Shown: in pieces, positions 50,916-63,635 of the stretch | How positions within the stretch are numbered: position 1 is the first letter of the stretch | Layout of the letters: each line of letters starts with the position of its first letter | Assembly (NCBI GenBank): GCA_000320545.1 | Contig: ADNK01000427.1 | Span: forward strand, 1-64,000 | DNA: 64,000 nt | Direction: 5' to 3' | Source: Bigelowiella natans CCMP2755 | Taxonomy: Eukaryota > Protista > Cercozoa | The notes under the pieces: generated by a model | What the model was told of the DNA's origin: nothing | The model's input: only the letters and a program-made list of their open reading frames with translations | Databases searched by the model: none | Made by a program: the position numbers and the translations under genes

Positions 50916-52883
50916 TTATGTTGATTTTCCTTCAACAATTTCTTCCATCATCCAGTCTTCGATGTCCGAGATCCAACCCTTGAGTTGTTCATCATTCTCG
51001 GCTCCAGTGACTTTTGAAAGATTCGTTACCAAAGATCGCACTCCTTTTGTCAAAAGTATTGCTCAAAAACCAGGGAAACTTTATTGGTAAAATGGCACCT
51101 TCAGCATCATATGTAAACCAGTCGAGCTTCTTCATATCTGTCTGTCCAGGATTCGAGAGTATTTCGTTTAAAGCATCTACGAAATCAGGTTTTAGACAAT
51201 CGCTGAAAACCTGAATTGAAATTGGTACGGAACATTTCAAAATATGGGATACTTAAACTTTGTTGTTGTGCAACCACCTTTCCCTCATACACTCGGCCTT
51301 TTCTTGCGTCTAAATGAATCGTCATCAAAGCCCATGGGAATCTGCGCGAAAACTCCACGCTGAAAGCTGGGGAACTACCAAACCTATGGTGAGGTTATAT
51401 GGAGCTCCTTCATCCTTTTCGTCCAGACTAGAAAATATTTGTGCAGCGTAGAGAATTCTCACCTCCATTCCCATTCCCGGCTATTTTGGTACTCCTCTTT
51501 GACCTTAACGTTAATAACATATGCGTCACGAAACGTAAATTAAAACTATCAAAATAAAAGCTTACCTCTGGGATTGCTAACGCCTCGTCTTGAGAAATTG
51601 TTGCCCTATTCATTGATATGACAAGATTTAACTCTGAGCACATCATCGCTGTAATCATACAGGTCCTACATTTGGGCATCAGCAACTCTTTGTCTCAAGA
51701 ACTCAGTTTCCAACGCCTCCACAAAATCTGAAACAGCACCGATATAGTATGACAAAGAAATCGAATGATAGATACACTAGGGCACACTATATAAACTGAG
51801 AATACCTTCGTGGGTGATGTCCGGGTTTACCTCAATTAAGTTCTTGACTCTAGATTTCACACTTGAGATACCTATAAGGCACCTAGATTCATTACTTTGA
51901 AGGTCAGAAGAAAGAGCACGCTACCCTTCGACTTGAGCTTCGTCGCATCAGGAGTGAGGTAGCTGCAACGTGGTGTATATCATGAGAAATTGGACTTACA
52001 AAGTAATGCTGTTAGCCTGTGAACCTGCTCAATGCATTAGTATCCACGTTGAGAAGCATTGTGCCTACGTGTAGAACATGATGAAGCAATAAGAACGAAA
52101 TCTATTCGTTATGCGTCCACTGTGTTTGACCATGATGAAGCGATCTTAGCCTTCCTGTTGTGGAATCGTTCTTTAACTTGTAGGCCGACCCGGAAATCTA
52201 ATAAATACGAAAGCTTAATGCAAAAGATATCCGTCCCTCGATTTTTTGGGTGGAAAACAAAAGTGGGAGCAGAACGCACTGAGATTATGTCGATACATTG
52301 AGAGATTACCTTATAAGATGCACCGTCGTAATTTACTTCAATGTCATTGCGGCCTTTTCGAGAGATGATATCCCATAACTTCAAGTAGACGCATATTTTC
52401 GACTAAAATGTTTATCTTAGAGTTATTAGTACCCGAAGCTTGAGCTTCTATATCAAGACGGCTGAGGGCTGCTGTTAAAATCTGCACATAGAAAGCATAT
52501 TGGGTCTTATTATTTGACATTTTACTGGCAATTCCACAAAATTGTACCTCATTATTAATACTCTTGAAATCGACCGATGGAGCTTCTACCGCACTTCCAC
52601 TAGAGGGTATTTCATTAAGGAATGAGAAACATGTGTTGCCTAGATCCTGAAATAAAACATATTCAATTATGGTGTATCGATCGATATTGATGCATCAACC
52701 CTACCTGATAGACAGCGCCACCGCCGCTGGCTCGGCGACATAAAGCAATGCCATCTTCTTCCATTTTCTGCACACTATTTACGTGATGTTACCATCAAGA
52801 TTTGCTTTCCAACTTTTCTCGTTTTTTAGGGTTATCATTATGTGAGAGAGTGATCAGATCATTCTGCGCATGAATGTATGACG

Positions 52884-52925
<42 letters not shown>

Positions 52926-53678
52926 GAATTCTCACCGACATTCCTTCCATGGATTCTGATGTCTCCCTTTTGAACAATTACTATGTTAGCTATCTTGACT
53001 TCTCCTAAAATTTTGTCTCTGGGAAAGAATATGCAATATCGTACACACTCTCTTCTCTCATTTGTCCTTCGTGGTGGTCGTTGGAAATTTGTTGTACTAC
53101 CGATTACTATAGTTTTATCATTTCGATAAGATAACATGACCTGCATACAGACACAATAGGTCTCATCAGACTATTTTTAGGAAATAGGCTTGTATTTTGA
53201 ACTACCGCGCGGCCCAGCGATGCTGTCTTAAATAAATACTGCTCGAGCGCCAAGTTAACAAAGATATCCGTACATTTAGACCTAGATATGCTTATTTATA
53301 TGCTTACGATCCACGCATAATATAGTTTGAATTATACCTGAGGATGAGCGGTTTTTCTGAATTGATGAGATCGATTATGGATTCTGATTTACCCGCGTGT
53401 GTCGATAAAGAGCTCGCCCTATACAACGGCGAGCCAAAGCCCCGTTTAAGGGTAGAAATTTTGTTCGATTTTAATTGTAATCCGCGCCAATATTTGTGGC
53501 CGGTACGATCCTGGAAGGCTTTTCGAACAACGGACCGTCGCAGGTTATATGCGGGATAGAGACCGTAGGAAAGCATCATCGTGCAAGATATGATTGCTGC
53601 CAAACCGTAACAGTTGGAAGACGTCGAGAAGCTTAGGGACTTTGGAAAGGAATTTTTCCCTCCGTAAGCGCCATACAT
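50916..53678 (-). CDS. lplA: Lipoate-protein ligase A with N-terminal targeting leader, many exons
   Basis: Spliced YRNDKTIVIG, ALCRRASGGGAVYQ-DLGNTCFSF, GRNDIEV, LTPDATKLKSKG, SVKSRVKNL, VFSDCLKPDFVDAL. Confidence 0.88.
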
Positions 53679-54242
53679 CCAAGATCTCGTGTCGAGTCGT
53701 ATCCCCCTTTTAATCAAGAATAATGATGGTTTGCTCGCGTAGATCTATCTGCACGTGCACGTCGGGGGGAGGACGAGAGCAGGGATCGAAGTGTGAAGAG
53801 CAAGATGATAAGTGAAGTGCAATGTTCTATAATTATAAGTACGAATGACATCAAACACATACGAGCGACAAAGAAATTTTGCACTTAACAATTAATATCG
53901 GCGAATTGGGTTGCCAGAATAATGAAATATTGCCGAATGACGACAGGGATTAATTTTTCGCTTGAAGTCTTGCAACCCAACACCCGAAGCAGCAGCTGTA
54001 CGTGCGGCAGTGCAAGCAAGCGGAGGGGGAACAAAGAACCTCGGCTAGAATAACAACAGGAACAGGGGGAAACAGAAGAAATAGAACCAGGTAAAGAAGA
54101 ATGCAGACAGGTGTGTGGTGTAGCATCTGGAACGTGAAAACGATGTGGACATTTCCTCCTTTATTGAACTAGCTACCCATTGTTGTTTCAGATTGTGCTC
54201 TGGTTTAATTGGTATCATCTTGATCATTCGACAGGCTAGAGC

Positions 54243-56021
54243 ATGATTACCACTTTGTGTTGGGTTCCTCGGAACTCTCTGCGCGCTGTTCCCTCCGCAG
54301 TAAAACCATCCGAGGAGGAGATGAGAGCGATGATGGAACAGCTCGGCATGGACGACGAGGAGAAAGCACAGCCGTCCACTGGGTGGGTCTCTTCGATTAA
54401 TAATTACTAGGTTCGTTAATAATTCACCAAGATCTAATATCAGTGCAAGTATGGAAGAAGACGAGGGCACAGATGCGAAAAAGGGAACGGTGGGGGACAT
54501 TGCTGAAGAGCTTAAAATGGATGATTATGACAAGGAAGATCAAGGTTTCAATTTGCTTGCGCCTTCCAGCGGCAGATGTAAAGAGCGACAATTTCTTAGG
54601 TGTGAGCATGTTTCTGGGCGGGAGAAACTTGACTGTTCATAACAGTAACAGTAACGATCCCTACATCACGGTAATCATTGACGAATCGCATTTCATAATA
54701 AGTAGTCATGTGCAAGAAGTATTATAAGCTGCATCACCCACATTCAGGCACAAGACCCCGATGAAGACTCAGAGGAAGATGACGCAGTCATAAGCTCCAC
54801 GGACTTTGTCCTACTTGCTGGCCATACAGAACAAGTATTCAATTAAGAAGTTTGTCCCTTGTTCATATTAATGGATGTACCTCTGTTTTTTTAATTAATA
54901 AGGAATACAGCTCAGTGGAGGTCCACGTATTCGATAAGGAAGAGAGTTCGATCTATGTGCACCACAACATCGTCATTCCTTCATTCCCGCTTTCGACGGC
55001 ATATATAAGACCAAGCACAGCTTCAAGCGGGAATGACAATGCACCGCTAAACTTCGTAGCAGTCGGCACTTTCGAACCAGGTGGATCAAGGCAAATGTTC
55101 ATGATGAATGAGGGCACAATGCAATCAAAATTTTATTTATTGTAGGAATTGAAATCTGGAATTTAGATATGGTCAACGCTATGGAACCAACTGTCTGTTT
55201 GGGAGGAAGAGAAGCACCGAAACCAGTCACGATGTCAAGAAAGAAACGTCCTGGTAACAAGAAAAAAAAGGGCAAGAAGAAGAAGAAGGGCCTGAAGGAA
55301 TTAATGATGGGTGAGCTGAAAAAAGGTGAGAAATAAAAAGTTCATCTTTCCAGACTCTTTAAAAATATGTACAAAATGCAGATAATAATTGTTGATGGAA
55401 CATTAGGTAGCCACAGTGCTGCCGTTATGACCCTATCCTCGAATGGTTTCGACAAGTAAGAATTACATCAACATTTTTTTTCTTTTTCGCACGATTTGTT
55501 CGAGATCAAAATTTCCTTTGTGAATATGAAAAGATGCTGCTGCATCATATCTCCACGAATCAATGTTTCTCATAATTGCAGATCTTGTCTGGCCAGTGGT
55601 TCAGCAGATAATTCGGTCAAAATTTGGGACATCAACACACAGGCATGTAAAAATACCTTTGGTCACCACTCTGATAAGGTAGCTTGTAATATAACATCGA
55701 AGTTTCACAACAGTAGAATACAGAATGATTACCATGTTGATGCTCATGTGATATGTAACATGCAGGTCCAATCTGTGGAGTGGAATCCAACGGAGGCTGC
55801 CATTCTTCTGACAGGGGGGTAAGTTGTGATTTAGTTGAGTGCAGACCAAACCTTGAGATTCACACAATCGCAAAGTTTTCGTAATTGTCCAAACTGATCT
55901 TTTCCGACATGATTCTATGCTACAGATATGATGGCAACGCGTGCTGTTTGGATATCAGAGACAGCAAGTCGATCAAGAGATATAAAAGTATTTTCAAATG
56001 AAGAGTATTTATATCATATGA

Positions 56022-56084
<63 letters not shown>

Positions 56085-56835
56085 GTATGTACTGTTTTGT
56101 TGTGTTTCCTTCATAAATTATTGCCTCACCATTAGTTGACGGCGAGGTTCAGAGTATGAGTTGGAACCCGAACAACCCGGCTATATTTGCAGCTTCTAGC
56201 GATACGGTGATCGCCTGAAAACCCTATGATTTTACAGTCAATTTCTTCTGATTATCATTTAAATTGCAGGGAGTTATCATGTTTTATGATGTTCGGAAGG
56301 GATCTCAGACAAAACCGCTTTTTACGATAGGGTATGGAGACAAATATTAACACATGATCTAATTTCACAAAGAGTGAATATGATCATTATCTTTAAGATG
56401 TGAAATTATACCGAATACATACATCAGTGCGCACGACGGTGAAGTCGGAGGTGTATGTTTCAACCCAAGCAGTCGATACCCTCACATGCTGGCTTCTTGT
56501 TCCGAGGACAAGACTGTCAAAATTTGGGATCTGAGATCGAAACCTGTGTGCATCGAGAAGAAAGAAATGAAAATTGGCCAGGTGAGTTTATTGATATGTA
56601 AATTCTGGTAAATTCATCTTATTATTTAACGCATCACCAGGTGTTAACCATTGAGTTCAACAAGGAAGATCCGGAAATTCTTGCGGCAGGTGGCTCCGAA
56701 GGTAAATTATACTTATGATAATATCTCATGTTGATAACCACATAAATTGACAAATTAGGAAAAGTTGCATTGTGGGACATTGCCTCAAGTCCAACAATAG
56801 TTAAAAAATATCCGATGCCCAAGACAAAAAAGTGA
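54243..56835 (+). CDS. PWP1: Periodic tryptophan protein 1 (WD40), multi-exon
   Basis: MITTLCWVPR, ELKMDDYDKE, IYVHHNIVIPSFPL, NFVAVGTFEPGIEIWNLD, LASGSADNSVKIWD, HSDKVQSVEWNP. Confidence 0.93.
56025..56083. repeat. (CA)n microsatellite
   Basis: Direct reading; others at 4457-4476, 6870-6899, 19435-19469, 23696-23717, 30355-30385. Confidence 0.95.
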
Positions 56836-57766
56836 TTAATCTGTGATTCTATTGCATAGCTAAAGTTCAATGGCTAAGGTGTGTCGTATTTTATGTTTGC
56901 ACTTTGACCAATAAACACAAGGCCATATGATTGAATTGCCAGATGACCGTAGTGTGTTTGCCGCATAGCGTACGTTGTATGTTTCATTGTCTGCTTTGCG
57001 GCGGGCGGGTATAAGAACATCGCAGAAAGCTGATATGTGATAAAATCAAGAATATGCGATCAATGTGCGCGCTGCCAGCTTCTACGTACACATGCATCGC
57101 ACGGCAACAGCGCAGCGTGTGGAATATGATAGACCACGTAAAACTATATATGTACAGTATAAATAGACACAGTACTGTGTGTAAAATTACTGTGTCTATT
57201 GTGAATGCATGCGCAGCAATGATAAGCGCAAATGATTTCTGCACGGCCTACATACCAAATAACTTAAGATACGTGGCAGTAGCAGCAGCTCATTTGCCAA
57301 TAGTTCACAAGGGTTATTGTGTGACATCTAGCTTGGTGCTTGACTACCAAGCTACGCTTCGCTGTCTAAATCTAGACGTGACAACGCACCCGCCGCTACG
57401 TTAGCGGCTTGTGCGAACCTTTCATCATCATTGGAATTGCGACTATACGACGACTGTATGCATCAATGCAAGCTAACTAGCTAAGCTAGCGCATGCCTGA
57501 ACTCTATTTGACTAGCCTAGTTGACTTGAACCGCTGCTCATACTGACCCCTATTTGTGGCATGCCGTATGATACAAGCATTATGTTCGCACACGTATCTA
57601 ATGATAATTGAAGTTTGAGATTCTGATTTGCTATGATAAGAGCTTTGGTTGCGCTCATATATACGACTATTGCACAAATCTAATGATTAAAAAATGTCTA
57701 AAAACAACGAACCGTGTGCACTATTGTCCCATAGGCAATACTTTATCGAGCATCCCACTTGGAAAC

Positions 57767-58875
57767 TTAGGGAGCGGAAACTCTTGCAGACTCTTCCCGT
57801 GATTCTTTCAGCATTTCCATCCACTGTAAAGTTACTTCAAGGCCTCCAAGGGAGAAAATATGAAAGTGGCAACTCTCAACTGAGTTAATAATGTGCTCTG
57901 GAGTTAAAGCAGACACTAAATTCGAGAGTTCGAAACCATGAGTTTGGATCATTCGCAGACTTGTAGAAATTCCACAGATTTTAGCGAAGCGAACGAGACT
58001 TGCGGCATCAGAAGGCCCTACAGTTCCAACCCACATTTTCATGGGAGCATGAAATCTAACGGAATGAAGACATTGGTTGATGATTGCCGCCGAGAAACAT
58101 GGCTGTGATACCAGGCACATGTCAAGTGCCTTTTCTTTCCACGACATAGACTGCTGATCTTTCATCCATTCGATTTTCTCAAGCAAGCTTTCCACATGAT
58201 GGGGATCATTCACGTTGCCCTCTGTTATTGTACACAATGCAGTCTCTCATTTAAATTTACGAATCATTTCATGCAATGTATTAAAATATGTAATGGTAAC
58301 CTGGATGCAGAGCGCAGCCAACTCGCTTCACTCCAATTTCTTGCAGTATTCCAGATTCAAGAACTTGCATGGAATTATCTAGAGGCCCGAGAGGTTTGGG
58401 CACATCTCCTCCTATGAGGAAGATCTCCCGTATTCCCATTTTCCCCCAGAATCGTAACACATTCTCTAGCTCTTTCCAACTTGAAAATCTACGAACAGGT
58501 ACGTGGGGTACTGGCGAGCAATCTAAAGCAAGAAGATCCTCCGCAACTGTCGTAATCTTCTTTGCATCGTCGTTTTGAACATAAGGTATGTACACACGTC
58601 CTTTGTAGCGACGAAGGGCCGGGATCGATTTCAATTTTTCCGATAGATGTGTGACTTCCACGGACATTTCAAGCTGCATGTTTCGATATTGGTTTTCCTC
58701 CTCCTTGACATGCAATGTGCTAAGATATTGTCTGAGGTATGGTATCCATCGTTTCCTCGCCTATAAAGAATAATTATGGTATGTGGTAACTACTTCAGTC
58801 CTGTTTTATCAATGGGATAGCACTTGTAGCTATGAAGTTCGCACGTACCTTCGATGTCACACCCCACATCATCAT
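57767..58875 (-). CDS. metF: Short bacterial-type methylenetetrahydrofolate reductase (MetF-like) with mitochondrial-like presequence, 3 exons
   Basis: PVPHVPVRRF, IFLIGGD..KPLGP, VGCALHP-EGN, LVSQPCF, VGTVGP, HFHIFSLGG; leader MMMWGVTSK-ARKRWIPYLRQYLST. Confidence 0.75.
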
Positions 58876-59581
58876 CTTTCCCCCATCTATTTAATAATTC
58901 CGTCAAGAGGGGACGGTAGGCAATACTTCATATGGATCCTTGGGCTCCGTCTTAAACACCAAACGTGGATTTAAACCACCATTCTCACTATCCTTTTAAG
59001 TCCAAAGGGATCCGCTTCGAATTTTGACTACGTTAGGAGGGGACGGCGGCTGCTGCTATTGTTGTTGTTGTTGTTGTCTTCGTTAAGACTGAGTTTTTGC
59101 TAAGAATTAATCCAGATATTTCCTAGGATTTCCAATACTATTTGAATTTCTAACTACTAACTAACTAGCTAACGCGCCCTTGTGTTCTACACAGAAAATT
59201 CGCATAAATGACCAGGAAAAATCTATAGAATTCACATCGCAAATAGGATGTTGTGGTTGTTGTTTTGCGTATTTGTCACGTATAGATGTAGCAAAGCAGG
59301 CCGTTTTTCCATTCATCAAAATGATTTGGACTCATATCCGTGAGGAGATCTCCGACACCTGAAATATAATGGAAAATTAAGGTGATTTCAATAAATTAAT
59401 TATATATATGATTGTCGTAACTTAAAATTTACAAGATATTACGTTTTCTTAATATCTCTCCAAATCTGAAAATAGGGCTGAAAGCAGGCGTTTTGGCCAA
59501 TCTGAAACGGCAATCACCCCCCACCCTTGCATTGGAGGCCGCTCAGAATCAACAACCGAAGCTAGACTATTTTTGTGACCC

Positions 59582-60953
59582 ATGGAGGCCCTTCAAAAAC
59601 AATTGAAAGCTAATGGCGCTTGGGACCAAATTGCACGCTCGCTTGCTCATGTGATAAAGAACCAACCTAAAAATGCCCTCGAGATCTTCGAGTCTATCTG
59701 CCTGAACGCCAAGGGGGCACAGATAAAAGGAACAACCAGTCCTTTGGATGAAAAACAGCTGAACTCTATCATTGAAAAACTGCAACTTCATGCAGACCTT
59801 CTTAGAAAACCTCCAGCGAACTCTGAGGAGGAGGAAGCGAAGGGCCCCCCCGATGATATGCCAGGAACCGGCGACGTCGCATACAGACAGTGCATCCTCG
59901 AATCAGCAGGAGTGTGTCTCGGAAAAGAAGAAAGCTATTTAATTTCAGTGTCTATCCACAACTTCATCCTAAATCAGGCGGAGAAAGAAAATAATTTCAA
60001 GTCCGTAAGATTCGTTGGGAAAGTCTTGGGAACTAAGGCAGATTACTATATTATAGAATGTAGTAAAGAGGATTGGGGTGAGCCTGCAGAGGGAGAGCCC
60101 CCTCTTGCAGAACCTATGGGTACAGGTCTCAATGAGTTCCAATACTGGGCTTCGAACACAGCGGGGCACCCATCATCATGGAGCCCCCTTCCTCCAATAA
60201 CCCCTGAACAGCTGGCTGTTGCAATGAGAGTTCGAAGATTTTTTTCAGGCAATCTTAATGCGATGGTTGCTGGATACCCTTACTTTCCATGGAAAGAAGC
60301 TGGATATCTTCGTGCGCAACTTGCAAGGATTTTACATTCCACTGTGGTGAGTCCGAAGAATTTATGGATAATTCCGGAGGATGCAGAGAATGCAAAACCC
60401 GAACAAAATCCTGGATATATACCAGCCCCAGCAAGTGAATTGCTCTCTGCAAAAGGATGGAACCATCATCGGGCATACATAATGCCCGAATACAACATGT
60501 GCAGCCCACCCGTGCAGGAGGGGGAAGATGAAGAAGACAAAAAGGGAAATCCTGTCGCCTCCCTTAGCGATCTTTCTTCAGATCCAAGATCCAAAGGCAA
60601 GTGGCGCTTCTCCCTATGCCAGAATTCTGGTGTAAGACCGGAGCTTGATGCAAATGCAACAGTATGTGCCCAATCATTAGAATGGCCCGGAGCATTCTGC
60701 GTATCGAAGGTAAATATTTTCTGAATACTTCCGCGACCTGTGTTAATATATGTTGTTTTTTAATCAGGGGAAAACGATTATCAATGTATACGTGGGAAAC
60801 GGTTTCTGCAAATTGAATAAAAAATACACGAGACCAGCACCTCCCGTGCCATCAAGCGAGTTCAAGCTTGCCACCGAGCAGGAAGATCCAGTGAAAGAGG
60901 AGCAGCCAGAGGCAGCAGCTGAAGAGGAGAAAACAGAAGAAAAGACTGATTGA
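59582..60953 (+). CDS. RSPH4A: Radial spoke head protein 4/6-like, 2 exons
   Basis: SVRFVGKVLGTKADYYIIE, EPMGTGLN, LPPITPEQL, EAGYLRAQLARI, SLEWPGA, NVYVGNG. Confidence 0.92.
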
Positions 60954-62075
60954 GCGATGTATTTTGATGAGATCTTTGCGGTATGTGTGAGATTTATAAA
61001 GTTTGACAGCTTTGAGATAACATATTGCGTATTAATACGCATTCATGACTTTCAACAATGATGGGAGATGGAAAAATGTAGAAGGCAAATCCGTCATGCT
61101 CTGTGCCGTTATCATCCTAGCCGCGATTAGCACTTGTAACTACGTGCTTGCTGCTCATGCGGATAGACTTGAGATCCCCGCCTATATGGACCTGTAGGTC
61201 CCTATACGCCTGCATGGCGGCCACATATCTGACAGATTTTGTCGCGCCTTCGGCATCGCAGCGCCACAATTTGTGTTAGTCGCGATGCTGAACGCGACTA
61301 AAGTAGCGCAGCGCGAGGCGAGCTGATGTTAGCCTATTACGTAATATATACGATACTTAGCTTACACGTGCGTGCACGCACATATATGACGGTGCCTAGC
61401 AGCTAGGAACCATACGTACATCATCTTGTGTGTGATGGCTTGCTGATCCCGTCTAGCTAGCCGTGTGCAAGGCTTTACTGTCTCACATTGTGCCTAGGTA
61501 TATATATCGTACATGAAGGTGCGATGCCATGCACTGCATATAGTGTGGACACTAGCTTAAGCGCGTGCACACAATGTGCGGTCAGCGCTGCGCACTGCGA
61601 TGTGACACTTGTGTGTACACCTACCTACTGCTCTAGAGTGCTTATTGTGCTACGCGGCACAGGCACACGTGCACAACACTCTGCATTGCATGCGCGTGCG
61701 TGCATTATATGGACGGACATATATGTCCGGACATATATATATGTCCCTATAGATAGCATGTGCGTCTGTGCGCGTAGTTCACAAGTTGATTGTTGATCCA
61801 AGTGCAAGCTACGACGCTACAGTGACTACATGCTTATGCATACTTGACTTGGGTATGATGCGATAGCGTGCATTACGTGGCTATCATCTCTATTACATGT
61901 ACGTACAGCTACATGTATTTGGAAAATAGAAGCCTCGATGTAGGAGTAGCCGCACAAATGGTGATATGTGCACAGGCACCGTCTGCATTTCTTGTCAATA
62001 AGATTTCGAACAAATGATAAATGCGATTGAAATGAATTTATATTTTACTTCTAGATGGTTAAAATCTGTGTCAAT

Positions 62076-63635
62076 TTAACTCCTCTTCTTCGACTGGGAG
62101 ATGTCGTCTTGCGGCGACTTAGACGTCCCAGTCGCAAGAACACCATAAGATACATGGCATCCCATCATCAGGACCGACCCGACAAGAATAGCCGATGCAC
62201 AACTTGTAGCATCAGCCATTAAGCCCATCGATACTGGGCCAATTAAGGATAAAGTGCTTCCTGCTTGTCTTTGGAGTGACAAAGCTTGACCTCGTATTTG
62301 TTGTGAAGTAATTTCAGCAGTGAAAGCACCAATAGCTGGTCGATAGAATCCACCACAGAAACCTTGAATTGCCATCGCTGCTATAAATTGCTCTAGAGAA
62401 GTTGCAAACGCTAGCGAAGCAAAAAATACACTTGAGACTAATCCTCCTGGTACCACCATCCATTTCTTGGCTCCTGCTGTACGATCCGCGAGCCAAGAAC
62501 CAAGGGGCATTCCTATACCTTGTGAAACTGCGAGAGCTGTGAAAAGCATCCCTAACTCTTTTGGACCAGCGCCGATCACATTAGAAGCGTGCAACGAAAC
62601 AGCAGTGGTGAAGCAAGAAAATCTAATAGGAAGCTCGCATGCCAGAGCGATTAGCGCCTGTTGATTTCGGGAACGAAGAATAGATTTAACATCGTTCAAC
62701 CAGCTTTTAAGATGCTGTCGTACTGTGAGAGAGTCTTTATTTACACCCTGCTGCTTTTTCCCATCATTTACGGTAATCTCAATATTTTTCCCCCTAATTT
62801 CCGAATCACCGCGATTAGGAAGAGTCTCTGGGAGCTGCGTGTATCCTACAGAACATGCCATAGCACAGAATCCTGCAATTAGGAATGAATTTTGGTAACC
62901 ATAAGTTTCCGCAAGCCAGCCACCAACAGCAGGGCCAACAATCCACACACTTCCTACTATCGCTTGGTGAACCCCCATAATCTTCGCTCGGTGTTGAGGA
63001 GCCCGGTCTGAAAGGTCGCTAATATAAGCACTACTTCCTGTCATAGAGGACGCTGATCCAGCACCTACAATAAGTCGACACGCTAGTAGCGTGGAAAGTG
63101 ACCCACCAACGAATCCGGTCGCAGTCGTTCCAATGGCAGTTAGTGCTGTTCCACACCACATGAGGGGTTTTCTACCAATGATGTCACATAGACGCCCCAG
63201 AGGGACGTTGAGTAACAGAGTTGCAGCTGATGGTGCACTGAGGATTAAGCCAACCCCGGTTGCTCCCAAGTGGCCCCCCATTTGTGCCGCAAACATGGGC
63301 ATGACAGGAACCATTTGCGAAAAGCCTAGATTAAGCATTAGCTGGCTTCCAGCAAGGATCCCTACCTGCTTCATCAACTTTCTGTCCATGCCAGCGACTT
63401 TATTCGCATTGTCGTTCTCCCCTTCACTCTTCTTCGATTGTGGCAATTTTTTTGGCGGTGAAGCATTGCAAAAATTACGTCTGGAATGGGTGACGTGAGA
63501 GGAGAGGCATGGCACTGCTACTAGCTGTCGGAGATTCGTCCCGTGGAGCCGAGGATTAGTGCAATCCAGATTTAGAAACGAAGGCCCTCGTCGAAATTGT
63601 TGACAGAAGCGAATACATCGAACAGATTTCTTCAT
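62076..63635 (-). CDS. Major facilitator superfamily transporter (DHA1/TetA-like), intronless, N-terminal extension
   Basis: Motif A GRLCDIIGRK, ~12 hydrophobic segments, GPAVGGWLAE, RGQALSL. Confidence 0.9.
   Translation of the reverse strand: MKKSVRCIRFCQQFRRGPSFLNLDCTNPRLHGTNLRQLVAVPCLSSHVTHSRRNFCNASPPKKLPQSKKSEGENDNANKVAGMDRKLMKQVGILAGSQLMLNLGFSQMVPVMPMFAAQMGGHLGATGVGLILSAPSAATLLLNVPLGRLCDIIGRKPLMWCGTALTAIGTTATGFVGGSLSTLLACRLIVGAGSASSMTGSSAYISDLSDRAPQHRAKIMGVHQAIVGSVWIVGPAVGGWLAETYGYQNSFLIAGFCAMACSVGYTQLPETLPNRGDSEIRGKNIEITVNDGKKQQGVNKDSLTVRQHLKSWLNDVKSILRSRNQQALIALACELPIRFSCFTTAVSLHASNVIGAGPKELGMLFTALAVSQGIGMPLGSWLADRTAGAKKWMVVPGGLVSSVFFASLAFATSLEQFIAAMAIQGFCGGFYRPAIGAFTAEITSQQIRGQALSLQRQAGSTLSLIGPVSMGLMADATSCASAILVGSVLMMGCHVSYGVLATGTSKSPQDDISQSKKRS

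Noticed and set aside
58876-59060. Riboswitch upstream of the MetF-like gene
   Set aside because: No SAM, THF, cobalamin or TPP consensus visible; only a short repeated gaggggacgg
35897-60953. Functional cluster of ciliary genes (p28, CEP162, RSPH4/6) or RNA-processing genes
   Set aside because: Interspersed with unrelated housekeeping genes; the density is plausible by chance in a flagellate genome
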